Source of the DNA: Escherichia coli | Lineage (GTDB): Bacteria; Pseudomonadota; Gammaproteobacteria; Enterobacterales; Enterobacteriaceae | Assembly (NCBI RefSeq): GCF_003334765.1 | Contig: NZ_QOWT01000002.1 | Reading direction: 5' to 3' (one strand) | DNA length: 64,000 nucleotides | In this document: piece by piece, positions 1 to 10,194 of the stretch | Layout: each line of letters starts with the position of its first letter | Numbering within the stretch: position 1 is the stretch's first letter | Notes under the pieces: model-generated | Databases searched by the model: none | What the model was told of the DNA's origin: nothing | What the model saw: only the letters and a program-made list of their open reading frames with translations | Position numbers and translations under genes: made by a program

Positions 1-493
<493 letters not shown>

Positions 494-599
494 TTAAATA
501 TCGAGATAACGATCACAAAAACAACAATATGAAAATTGTTCGAGGAGTGAAAGGCAAAAAAACGGCCTCCCGATAGGGAAGCCGTAGCAAAGTGCGCGT

Positions 600-745
600 G
601 TTTTTATGCCGGATGCGGTGTAAACATACGTGGCAGTGCTATGTAGGCATGATAAGACGCTTCAGCGTCGCATCAGGCATAGGTTGCCGGATGCAGCGTA
701 AACGCCTTATCCGTCCTACGGGGTGGTGTTGTTCGTATAAGGCGT
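600..745. repeat. REP/BIME-like palindromic repeats (GCCGGATGCGGCGTAAACGCCTTATCC-type)
   Basis: Several copies of the gccggatgcRgcgtaaacRcct motif seen directly between gatY and fbaB. Confidence 0.6.
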
Positions 746-746
746 A

Positions 747-1799
747 TCAGGCGATAGTAATTTTGCTATCGAGATAAACGTCCTGCACGGCGTTAATCAG
801 TTTCACGCCGTCAGCCATCGATTTCTTGAACGCTTTACGTCCAAGAATCAGCCCCATTCCGCCAGCGCGTTTGTTGATAACCGCAGTACGCACTGCATCA
901 CTGAGGTCAGTTTCACCGCCCGCAGCACCGCCGGAGTTTATCAACCCAGCCCGGCCCATATAGCAGTTAGCTAACTGATAACGCACCAGATCAATCGGGT
1001 TTTCGCTGGTTAACTTGCTGTACACGCGATCGTCGGTATAACCGTAATTAATCGCTTTATAACCGCCGTTATTTTCCGCCATTTTCTGTTTGACGATGTC
1101 CGCGCCAATGGTCGCCGCCAGATGGTTCGCCTGACCAGTCAGGTCGGCGGAAACATGGTAATCAACGCCATCTTTCTTAAAGGCGGAGTTACGCAAATAG
1201 GCCCACAGCACTGTCACCATGCCCAGCTCGTGCGCACGTTCAAAAGCCGCAGAAATTTCTTCAATCTGGCGACGTGACTCTTCCGAGCCAAAATAGATAG
1301 TCGCACCAACCGCAACCGCGCCCATGTTGAACGCCTGCTCCACGCTGGCATACAGCGTTTGATCGTAGGTATTCGGGTAACTTAGCGTCTCGTTGTGATT
1401 AAGTTTGACGAGGAATGGAATGCGATGCGCATAACGCCGCGATACCGACGCCAGCACGCCGTAAGTTGACGCCACACAGTTACAGCCCGCTTCGATCGCC
1501 AGTTCAACAATGTTTTTCGGGTCAAAGTAGAGCGGGTTAGCAGCAAATGAAGCTCCGGCAGAGTGCTCAACGCCCTGGTCAACCGGCAGAATAGAAAGAT
1601 ATCCTGTGCCAGCCAGACGCCCGGTGTTGTACAACGTCTGCATATTACGTAACACCGCAGGCGGGCGATTATTGTCAATCATCACGCGGTCTACGTAGTC
1701 ATGTCCGGGGAGATAAAGCTGGTCAGAAGGAATAGTCATACAACGGTGCTGTAAAAGGTTGTCGGCGTCTTTGCCAAGCAACTGCGCAATATCTGTCAT
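747..1799 (-). CDS. fbaB: Fructose-bisphosphate aldolase class I
   Basis: ORF 747..1871; internal Met giving [16 protein letters not shown]... matches the remembered 350-aa FbaB N-terminus; ATG at 1797-1799 (minus). Confidence 0.9.
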
Positions 1800-2055
1800 T
1801 ACTATGCTCCCGTAAATTCCGATTGGATATCGGCTATGGATTTTCCTGGCCCGCCTTTTGCGGGCAATCATAATCCTGGTCGTTACGGGCGAGTTTTTCC
1901 ATCTTTTGGATGTTTTTTCAGCGTTTTCTGTTGGCTCGATTCATCAGAAAAAATGTTAGCGCGGTCAAGTTTTCACCGCAAAGGTATTTAAAAGGTATTA
2001 TTAAGTGGTATTGTCATCGCGTACCTTACATTACCTGTCATGAAGGAATTAAAAG

Positions 2056-3333
2056 ATGAAAACAACAGCAAAGCTGTCGTTCATGATGTTTGTTGAATGG
2101 TTTATCTGGGGCGCGTGGTTTGTGCCATTGTGGTTGTGGTTAAGTAAAAGCGGTTTTAGTGCCGGAGAAATTGGCTGGTCGTATGCCTGTACCGCCATTG
2201 CGGCGATCCTGTCGCCAATTCTGGTTGGCTCCATCACTGACCGCTTTTTCTCGGCGCAGAAAGTGCTGGCGGTATTGATGTTCGCAGGCGCGCTGCTGAT
2301 GTATTTCGCTGCGCAACAGACCACTTTTGCCGGGTTCTTCCCGTTACTGCTGGCCTACTCGCTAACCTATATGCCGACCATTGCGCTGACTAACAGCATC
2401 GCTTTTGCCAACGTGCCGGATGTTGAGCGTGATTTCCCGCGCATTCGTGTGATGGGCACTATCGGCTGGATTGCCTCCGGTCTGGCATGTGGTTTCTTGC
2501 CGCAAATACTGGGGTATGCCGATATCTCACCGACTAACATCCCGCTGCTGATTACCGCCGGAAGTTCTGCTCTGCTCGGTGTGTTTGCGTTTTTCCTGCC
2601 CGACACGCCACCAAAAAGCACCGGCAAAATGGATATTAAAGTCATGCTCGGCCTGGATGCGCTGATCCTGCTGCGCGATAAAAACTTCCTCGTCTTTTTC
2701 TTCTGTTCATTCCTGTTTGCGATGCCACTAGCGTTCTATTACATCTTTGCCAACGGTTATCTGACCGAAGTTGGCATGAAAAACGCCACCGGCTGGATGA
2801 CGCTCGGCCAGTTCTCTGAAATCTTCTTTATGCTGGCATTGCCGTTTTTCACTAAACGCTTTGGTATCAAAAAGGTATTATTGCTTGGTCTGGTCACCGC
2901 TGCGATCCGCTATGGCTTCTTTATTTACGGTAGTGCGGATGAATATTTCACCTACGCGTTACTGTTCCTCGGTATTTTGCTTCACGGCGTAAGTTACGAT
3001 TTTTACTACGTTACCGCTTACATCTATGTCGATAAAAAAGCCCCCGTGCATATGCGTACCGCTGCGCAGGGGCTGATCACGCTCTGCTGCCAGGGCTTCG
3101 GCAGTTTGCTCGGCTATCGTCTTGGCGGTGTGATGATGGAAAAGATGTTCGCTTATCAGGAACCGGTAAACGGACTGACTTTCAACTGGTCCGGGATGTG
3201 GACTTTCGGCGCGGTGATGATTGCCATTATCGCCGTGCTGTTCATGATTTTTTTCCGCGAATCCGACAACGAAATTACGGCTATCAAGGTCGATGATCGC
3301 GATATTGCGTTGACACAAGGGGAAGTTAAATGA
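2056..3333 (+). CDS. yegT: Nucleoside permease, NupG/XapB-family MFS transporter
   Basis: 425-aa ORF, highly hydrophobic multi-TM protein; position and sequence consistent with E. coli YegT. Confidence 0.88.
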   Translation: MKTTAKLSFMMFVEWFIWGAWFVPLWLWLSKSGFSAGEIGWSYACTAIAAILSPILVGSITDRFFSAQKVLAVLMFAGALLMYFAAQQTTFAGFFPLLLAYSLTYMPTIALTNSIAFANVPDVERDFPRIRVMGTIGWIASGLACGFLPQILGYADISPTNIPLLITAGSSALLGVFAFFLPDTPPKSTGKMDIKVMLGLDALILLRDKNFLVFFFCSFLFAMPLAFYYIFANGYLTEVGMKNATGWMTLGQFSEIFFMLALPFFTKRFGIKKVLLLGLVTAAIRYGFFIYGSADEYFTYALLFLGILLHGVSYDFYYVTAYIYVDKKAPVHMRTAAQGLITLCCQGFGSLLGYRLGGVMMEKMFAYQEPVNGLTFNWSGMWTFGAVMIAIIAVLFMIFFRESDNEITAIKVDDRDIALTQGEVK

Positions 3334-4334
3334 AAACAGAACGTATTCTCGGTGCTCTTTATGGGCAGGCGTTAGGGGATGCGATGGGGATGCCCTCCGA
3401 GCTTTGGCCACGCAGCCGCGTTAAAGCACACTTTGGCTGGATTGACCGTTTTCTTCCTGGACCAAAGGAGAATAACGCGGCCTGTTATTTTAACCGCGCC
3501 GAATTCACCGACGATACCTCGATGGCGCTGTGTCTGGCGGATGCGTTACTGGAACGTGAAGGCAAGATCGATCCGGATCTGATTGGGCGTAATATTCTCG
3601 ACTGGGCGCTGCGTTTCGACGCCTTTAACAAAAACGTACTAGGTCCGACCTCGAAGATTGCGCTTAACGCCATTCGCGACGGTAAACCCGTTGCTGAACT
3701 GGAAAACAACGGCGTGACCAACGGCGCAGCGATGCGCGTCTCGCCATTAGGTTGTTTGCTTCCGGCGCGTGATGTTGATTCCTTTATTGATGATGTAGCG
3801 CTGGCGTCCAGCCCGACCCATAAATCCGATCTGGCGGTTGCAGGCGCGGTAGTCATCGCATGGGCGATTTCTCGTGCCATTGACGGAGAAAGCTGGTCAG
3901 CGATTGTTGATTCCCTGCCTTCAATTGCGCGACATGCACAGCAAAAACGCATCACTACGTTCAGCGCCTCACTGGCGGCGCGGCTGGAGATTGCGCTGAA
4001 AATTGTGCGCAATGCCGACGGCACCGAATCCGCCAGCGAACAGCTTTACCAGGTCGTTGGCGCAGGTACCAGCACTATTGAGTCCGTTCCGTGCGCCATT
4101 GCGCTGGTTGAACTGGCACAAACCGACCCGAATCGCTGCGCCGTCCTGTGCGCTAACCTTGGCGGCGACACAGACACCATCGGTGCTATGGCGACGGCAA
4201 TTTGCGGCGCGTTGCATGGCGTTAACGCTATCGATCCTGCGTTAAAGGCGGAACTGGATGCGGTAAATCAGCTTGATTTCAACCGCTATGCCACAGCGCT
4301 GGCGAAATATCGTCAACAACGGGAGGCGGTATGA
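3330..4334 (+). CDS. yegU: ADP-ribosylglycohydrolase-family protein
   Basis: 334-aa ORF; ATGA start/stop overlap with yegT; N-terminal GQALGDAMGMP motif typical of ADP-ribosylglycohydrolases. Confidence 0.85.
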   Translation: MKTERILGALYGQALGDAMGMPSELWPRSRVKAHFGWIDRFLPGPKENNAACYFNRAEFTDDTSMALCLADALLEREGKIDPDLIGRNILDWALRFDAFNKNVLGPTSKIALNAIRDGKPVAELENNGVTNGAAMRVSPLGCLLPARDVDSFIDDVALASSPTHKSDLAVAGAVVIAWAISRAIDGESWSAIVDSLPSIARHAQQKRITTFSASLAARLEIALKIVRNADGTESASEQLYQVVGAGTSTIESVPCAIALVELAQTDPNRCAVLCANLGGDTDTIGAMATAICGALHGVNAIDPALKAELDAVNQLDFNRYATALAKYRQQREAV

Positions 4335-5296
4335 GCGGCGCTCGATTACACACGCTGCTGCCTGAATTAACCACGCGTCAGTCGGTGATGGTCGTCGGCG
4401 CGGCGGTCATTGACGTGATCGCCGACGCTTATGCCCTCCCCTGGCGTGGGTGCGATATCGAACTGAAACAGCAGAGCGTTAACGTTGGCGGCTGCGCACT
4501 GAATATTGCCGTGGCGTTAAAGCGCCTCGGCATCGAAGCGGGTAATGCCTTGCCGCTCGGTCAGGGCGTGTGGGCGGAGATTATTCGCAACCGGATGGCA
4601 AAAGAGGGCTTAATCAGCCTGATCGATAACGCCGAAGGTGATAACGGCTGGTGTCTGGCGCTGGTTGAGCCGGATGGCGAACGCACTTTTATGTCATTCA
4701 GCGGTGTTGAAAATCAGTGGAATCGCCAGTGGCTGGCGCGATTAACCGTTGCGCCTGGCAGCCTGCTCTATTTTTCCGGTTATCAACTGGCCTCGCCCTG
4801 CGGCGAATTGTTAGTGGAATGGCTGGAAGAGCTGCAAGACGTGACGCCGTTTATCGATTTTGGCCCACGTATTGGCGATATCCCGGATGCATTACTGGCG
4901 CGGATCATGGCCTGTCGACCTTTAGTGTCGCTCAATCGTCAAGAGGCTGAGATTGCCGCCGAACGTTTTGCTTTATCCGCAGAGATAACAACACTTGGCA
5001 AGCAATGGCAGGAGAAATTTGCCGCGCCGTTGATCGTTCGTCTCGATAAAGAAGGCGCATGGTATTTCAGCAACGACGCTTCTGGCTGCATTCCGGCATT
5101 TCCAACGCAAGTTGTCGACACCATTGGGGCGGGCGACAGTCATGCCGGTGGCGTACTTGCCGGGCTGGCCTCTGGTCTGCCACTGGCGGATGCCGTATTA
5201 CTGGGCAATGCAGTGGCGTCGTGGGTTGTCGGGCATCGGGGCGGTGATTGTGCGCCAACGCGCGAGGAACTACTCCTCGCACACAAAAACGTATAG
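4331..5296 (+). CDS. yegV: PfkB-family sugar/nucleoside kinase
   Basis: 321-aa ORF overlapping the yegU stop by 4 nt; C-terminal DTIGAGDSHAGG motif typical of the ribokinase/PfkB family. Confidence 0.85.
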   Translation: MSGARLHTLLPELTTRQSVMVVGAAVIDVIADAYALPWRGCDIELKQQSVNVGGCALNIAVALKRLGIEAGNALPLGQGVWAEIIRNRMAKEGLISLIDNAEGDNGWCLALVEPDGERTFMSFSGVENQWNRQWLARLTVAPGSLLYFSGYQLASPCGELLVEWLEELQDVTPFIDFGPRIGDIPDALLARIMACRPLVSLNRQEAEIAAERFALSAEITTLGKQWQEKFAAPLIVRLDKEGAWYFSNDASGCIPAFPTQVVDTIGAGDSHAGGVLAGLASGLPLADAVLLGNAVASWVVGHRGGDCAPTREELLLAHKNV

Positions 5297-6016
5297 ATCG
5301 CTGCGACAGTGGCTAATGCTGTACTCAATAGGCCGTTGCTGTTGGTCAAGCGCCACTTGCTTGATCACCAGCACCGGTATTTTGCTATCTAACTGAATAT
5401 GTGACTGAAACTCGGCATCCGGCATCCGGGCGCTAACGCGGGAACGCGTACGTTGTGGGTAAATGTGCTGGCTGCGGAAATAGTCATAAAGTGAAATCCC
5501 GATGGCATCAACATCATGAATTAAATGCGCCGGAACCCACGATTCCTCAATCGATACCGCATCTTCATCGACATAGCGAATACGCTTAAGCAAAAAGACA
5601 TCACTTCCTGCTTCGACCGCCAGCTGCTGCGCGACTTCTTCGGGACATTTCACGACACGCTTGTTAACCCATAGCGTATCGGGCTTTTTCCCGCGCAATA
5701 CCACCTGCTGAGAAAAACCTCGCGCTTCTTTCAACGAGTATTCGAAGATGTTGTTGATCTGCGTGCCGTAACCGCGCGAACGCGTCACCACACCCTCTTC
5801 TTCCAGCGCCTGCATCGCCTTGCGCACCGTAATGCGCGAAACGCCGGTTAACTGACTTAAATCACGCTCACCGGGCAAAATATTGCCATGCTCCAGCACC
5901 CCGCTGCGCACGGCATTTTTTACCGTTTCGGCAAACTTAATATAAAGCGGCGTGTTATCCGCCGCTAAAATACGCTCGTTCAGTTGGGCAATCAGCTGGG
6001 TATGCGCTTGTTCCAT
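5270..6016 (-). CDS. yegW: GntR/HutC-family transcriptional regulator
   Basis: 248-aa ORF; N-terminal winged-helix segment (LPGERDLSQLTGVSRITVRKAMQALEEEGVV) plus UTRA-like C-terminus. Confidence 0.88.
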   Translation of the reverse strand: MEQAHTQLIAQLNERILAADNTPLYIKFAETVKNAVRSGVLEHGNILPGERDLSQLTGVSRITVRKAMQALEEEGVVTRSRGYGTQINNIFEYSLKEARGFSQQVVLRGKKPDTLWVNKRVVKCPEEVAQQLAVEAGSDVFLLKRIRYVDEDAVSIEESWVPAHLIHDVDAIGISLYDYFRSQHIYPQRTRSRVSARMPDAEFQSHIQLDSKIPVLVIKQVALDQQQRPIEYSISHCRSDLYVFVCEE

Positions 6017-6067
6017 TTGTCTTTTTCCTGCCGGGGAGTCTGGTGGGAGTATATCACTGCTTCTTAT

Positions 6068-6886
6068 TTAAGGCGTTTCTTTAATCCCATCAACGAATGC
6101 CTGCAACTCCTCCACCGTGCCATTAAATACATTAAAATCCACCGGACCATTGATGCCATCTACCTGTCCACGGTCGGAATGCTGCCAGAAGCGCCAGGCC
6201 ATTCCGTCATTGTCCGGACGACGTTGATAGTAGTGAGCCACCCACCACGGATATTCATTGAAATAGCCCGCCAGATTGGTGTGATAAAAAACGGCTCCTG
6301 AGTAAATAATCGGCTTTTTCCCCGTACTTTTTTCGACCATTTTTAGCCACTGACTTACCCGCTTGCGTAATTCTTTTGCCGATAATTTTCCCCGTTCTTC
6401 TACGTCCAGCACGGCAGGGAAATCGCCTTGTGAGAAATCCACCGTTTGCAGAAATAATCTCGCCTGAACTGAAGCGGATACCGACGGGGAGAAATAATGA
6501 TACGCCCCACGCAGCAGGCCATTTTCGCGGCTTAGTTGCCAGTTACGCGAAAAATAGGGGTCCACCAGCTTTTCGCCTTCCGTCGCCTTAATAAAAGCAA
6601 ACTGTAAGCGGATACCGTTGTCGCGCATTTTTGCCACCCGCTGCCAGTCGATCCGCTCCTGCCAGCGCGAAACATCTATTCCGTGAATGGTGTAACTGGC
6701 AGGAATGCGAATAGCGAAAGATTTAACCGGGCGATAACCGTAGAAGTGGATGTAGTCTGTAATCTGAACTGCTGTCGAATAGAAAAAATTCACCGTCTGA
6801 CGCGGATAAATTGCAACGATGGAAATTAGCCCAAGAGCGCATAATAGAGAGGTGAGTTTTTTTCGACTGGTAATTCTTAGCTGCAT
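6068..6886 (-). CDS. yegX: Glycoside hydrolase family 25 (lysozyme-like muramidase), N-terminal signal/anchor
   Basis: ORF 6068..6895; start set at internal Met (MQLRITSRKK...); GH25-like YHGIDVSRWQ and DYIHFYGY motifs. Confidence 0.8.
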   Translation of the reverse strand: MQLRITSRKKLTSLLCALGLISIVAIYPRQTVNFFYSTAVQITDYIHFYGYRPVKSFAIRIPASYTIHGIDVSRWQERIDWQRVAKMRDNGIRLQFAFIKATEGEKLVDPYFSRNWQLSRENGLLRGAYHYFSPSVSASVQARLFLQTVDFSQGDFPAVLDVEERGKLSAKELRKRVSQWLKMVEKSTGKKPIIYSGAVFYHTNLAGYFNEYPWWVAHYYQRRPDNDGMAWRFWQHSDRGQVDGINGPVDFNVFNGTVEELQAFVDGIKETP

Positions 6887-6950
6887 TGGTTTCATCCCTG
6901 AATGTCAGTGCCAAAGGCTGACAATAACCAAAGCAGCTATAGTACGGTGC

Positions 6951-7751
6951 TCACCACCAGGCGTGGAAGTGGTGAACCGGACCAATACCGTGACCAACTT
7001 CCAGCGTGTCGGCCTGGGCTAACGCCGATGAAAGCCAGCTTTTTGCCTCCTGTACGGTGTCAGCCCAGTTTGTATGGCGCGGGCGTAGTGCAGCCAACGC
7101 CGCAGAGAGTGTACAACCAGTGCCGTGGGTGTTTTTGGTCATAATGCGCGGTGCGGTAAACCGTTGTTCACCCTCGCGGGTAAACAGCCAGTCCGGGCTT
7201 TGCTCATCATCCAGATGACCACCTTTCATTAGCACTGCGCCACAGCCCATCGCCAACAGCGATCGCCCTTGTTCCAGCATTTCCTGTTCGGTGCGCGCGT
7301 GTGGCGCGTCGAGCAAGGCGGCAGCTTCGGGCAAGTTTGGCGTTATTAATGAAACCTGTGGCAATAATCGACTGCGCAGCGTAGCAACCGCCGAAGGTGA
7401 AAGCAGCGGGTCGCCGCTTTTTGCCAGCATAACGGTGTCGAGTACCACGTTTTGGATCTGATAACGTTGCAACCGTTCTGCCACCGCTTCAACAATATCG
7501 GTTTCCGCCAGCATACCGATTTTAGTGGTATCGATTCGCACATCGCTGAACACCGAATCGAGCTGGGCGGCGACAAAATCAGGCTCAATGCGATACACCG
7601 ACTGTACGCCACGGGTATTTTGCGCCACCAGTGCAGTAATAACTGAGCAACCATAAGCGCCAAGTGCCGAGAAGGTTTTAAGATCGGCCTGAATCCCCGC
7701 ACCACCACTCGGATCAGTACCGGCAATCGTCAGAGCGTTAATTCGTTTCAT
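6951..7751 (-). CDS. thiD: Hydroxymethylpyrimidine/phosphomethylpyrimidine kinase
   Basis: 266-aa ORF; [27 protein letters not shown]... recognised as ThiD; overlaps the thiM stop by 4 nt. Confidence 0.92.
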
Positions 7752-8536
7752 GCCTGCACCTCCTGCGTCAATTGCCAGAGCGCATCAAGGAAATGTGGAA
7801 CAAAACTGCCTGGTCCCTCGCTTCTGGCGACTGCGCGTTCTCCGGCTTGTTTCATCCAGTGACAGGCAGATGCGACATTTTCCAGCGTATCGCCTGGTAA
7901 CGCACAGCAGGCAGCGACAACCGCCGATAATGCACAGCCAGTTCCTACCACTTTGGTCATTAACGGATCACCACCGTGAATACCAATGATACGATGTCCA
8001 TCGGTAACATAATCCATCTCGCCAGTGACCACGACGATTGCGCCAGTTTCCCGTGCCAGTGTTTGTGCAGCGGGTATCGCGTTAGCTGCGGCGTCAGTGG
8101 TATCCACTCCCCGTCCGCCATTAGCAATGCCAGCTAATGCCATGATTTCCGAAGCATTACCACGTATCGCTGCCGGTTTAAAAGATAAAAGTTCATGACA
8201 AAAATGGCGGCGATAATCGAGCGCACCCACCGCTACTGGATCAAGCGTCCAGGGTGTTTGAGAGCTTTTTGCTTGCTCAACGGCAGCACGCATCGCCTGA
8301 GCGCGTGGCTGCGTCAGTGTGCCAACGTTAATCAACAAGGCACTGGCGATAGCCGCAAACTGACTGGCCTCTTCGGTTTCGATAACCATCGCTGGCGATG
8401 CACCGAGCGCCAGCAAGGTATTGGCGGTAAAGGTTTGCACCACATCATTGGTCATGCAGTGCACAAGAGGGGAATGTTGGTGAAAAAGGTGTAACGCGTG
8501 CGCAGATTGCGCTGAACCCAGCAGGTCGACTTGCAT
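7748..8536 (-). CDS. thiM: Hydroxyethylthiazole kinase
   Basis: 262-aa ORF ([33 protein letters not shown]...) recognised as ThiM; first gene of thiMD. Confidence 0.92.
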
Positions 8537-8544
8537 AGTTTGCT

Positions 8545-8680
8545 CCTGCCATAACGTGAAGAAGCAATGACCTGGTGGTCCGTGACTTCCCTACGCTGGC
8601 ATTATCCAGATCAGGTGATACGGGTATTTCTCAGCCTTCACGCAGAAGGGCACCCCGAGTCGTTTGGTTGCGATGATAAA
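8545..8680 (-). promoter_or_regulatory. TPP (thi-box) riboswitch in the thiM 5' leader
   Basis: Minus strand reads GGGGUGCCCUUCUGCGUGAAGGCUGAGAAAUACCCGUAUCACCUGAUCUGGAUAAUGCCAGCGUAGGGAAGUCACG, the classic E. coli thiM TPP aptamer with the CUGAGA core, immediately upstream of the thiM AUG. Confidence 0.88.
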
Positions 8681-8758
8681 TCGCAGAGGAGGATGGTAAT
8701 GTCCAGCGCACGCGTTGTAAACGAGGAAAAACGGCAGTTTTACAATCGCGTTAATAAA

Positions 8759-9031
8759 TTATTTGATATATGAATCCAGCACCTTCAGAACGACATCCAG
8801 ATCTTCTTCACGTTTTAGCTCATCCCCCTGGTGAACGATGTGTTCCGTCAGATGACCTTTAATCACTTCCCGCATCAGACCGTTTACCGCGCCACGGATA
8901 GCAGCAATCTGTTGTAAAACTGCAGCGCATTCGTGCGGCTCGTCGAGCATTTTCTTGAGCGCCACGACCTGGCCCTGAATCTTACTGGCACGCGCTTTCA
9001 GTTTCTGTTTATCACGGATTGTATGAGACAT
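8759..9031 (-). CDS. rcnR: Ni/Co-responsive transcriptional repressor (CsoR/RcnR family)
   Basis: 90-aa [50 protein letters not shown]...; divergent from rcnA. Confidence 0.9.
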
Positions 9032-9079
9032 GGCAACACCTGGTTAACAAGAATATGAAAAATCATAGCACTATTAATC

Positions 9080-9114
9080 TACTGGGGGGTAGTATCAGGT
9101 ACTGGGGGGGAGTA
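9080..9114. promoter_or_regulatory. Tandem RcnR operator sites (TACT-G6/7-N-AGTA) in the rcnR-rcnA divergent promoter region
   Basis: tactggggggtagta (9080-9094) and tactgggggggagta (9100-9114) seen directly; match the published RcnR recognition motif. Confidence 0.8.
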
Positions 9115-9151
9115 GAATCAGATTGCCGAATTAATACTAAGAATTATTATC

Positions 9152-9976
9152 ATGACCGAATTTACAACTCTTCTTCAGCAAGGAAACGCCTGGTTCTTCA
9201 TCCCCAGCGCCATCTTACTTGGTGCGCTTCATGGCCTGGAACCAGGGCACTCAAAAACGATGATGGCGGCGTTTATCATCGCCATCAAAGGCACCATTAA
9301 ACAAGCGGTGATGCTCGGACTGGCAGCAACTATTTCGCATACCGCAGTGGTCTGGTTAATTGCCTTTGGCGGGATGGTGATCAGCAAGCTCTTTACTGCT
9401 CAATCAGCAGAACCGTGGCTCCAGCTGATTTCCGCAGTGATCATTATTAGCACCGCGTTCTGGATGTTCTGGCGTACCTGGCGCGGCGAACGCAACTGGC
9501 TGGAGAATATGCACGGGCATGATTATGAGCATCATCATCACGATCACGAACATCACCACGACCATGGACATCATCACCATCACGAACATGGCGAGTATCA
9601 GGATGCCCATGCACGAGCCCATGCCAATGACATTAAACGACGCTTTGATGGTAGAGAGGTCACCAACTGGCAAATTTTGTTATTTGGCTTAACCGGTGGC
9701 CTTATCCCCTGCCCGGCAGCAATTACCGTGCTGTTGATATGCATTCAGTTGAAAGCCCTGACACTGGGCGCAACACTGGTCGTCAGTTTCAGCATTGGCC
9801 TGGCGTTAACGCTTGTCACCGTAGGCGTTGGCGCAGCAATCAGCGTTCAGCAGGTCGCAAAACGCTGGAGCGGATTTAACACTCTCGCTAAACGCGCCCC
9901 CTATTTTTCCAGTCTGTTGATTGGCTTAGTCGGTGTGTATATGGGCGTACATGGCTTCATGGGCATAATGCGATAA
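9152..9976 (+). CDS. rcnA: Nickel/cobalt efflux permease with histidine-rich cytoplasmic loop
   Basis: 274-aa ORF; multi-TM; His-rich segment HGHDYEHHHHDHEHHHDHGHHHHHEHGEY. Confidence 0.9.
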   Translation: MTEFTTLLQQGNAWFFIPSAILLGALHGLEPGHSKTMMAAFIIAIKGTIKQAVMLGLAATISHTAVVWLIAFGGMVISKLFTAQSAEPWLQLISAVIIISTAFWMFWRTWRGERNWLENMHGHDYEHHHHDHEHHHDHGHHHHHEHGEYQDAHARAHANDIKRRFDGREVTNWQILLFGLTGGLIPCPAAITVLLICIQLKALTLGATLVVSFSIGLALTLVTVGVGAAISVQQVAKRWSGFNTLAKRAPYFSSLLIGLVGVYMGVHGFMGIMR

Positions 9977-10194
9977 CTCAATCCTTTAGGCTTGCATGTT
10001 ATCTTCAGCCCAGGATGATTCTTAAATCAGCTATTTCCGCTGACTCTCTGCTCGCTAAGGATGCTTTTAGGGCATCCTTTCATTTACACTTTTTACGAAA
10101 TCATGGGATCACTAACAAAATATCGCTTGTCAGTTATATTGTATGGCAGGAAAGATATGCGACTGATATTACAGATCCCCAAAGTGGAGAGTTT

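Noticed and set aside
3485-4024. 179-aa minus-strand ORF inside yegU (and similar antisense ORFs inside molR, yehI, yehM, yehB, btsS)
   Set aside because: Antisense shadows of well-supported genes; no RBS or motif evidence.
9080-9114. Possible CRISPR-like or phase-variable G-tract repeats
   Set aside because: Only two copies, with flanking TACT/AGTA half-sites matching RcnR operators; no repeat-spacer array anywhere in the window.
9404-9673. 89-aa minus-strand ORF rich in Met/Val antisense to rcnA
   Set aside because: Reverse-complement artefact of the His-codon repeat in rcnA.
10015-10194. N-terminal extension of the rcnB ORF (172-aa version)
   Set aside because: The extension lacks a signal peptide, whereas the internal ATG at 10195 gives a canonical signal peptide and the expected length.
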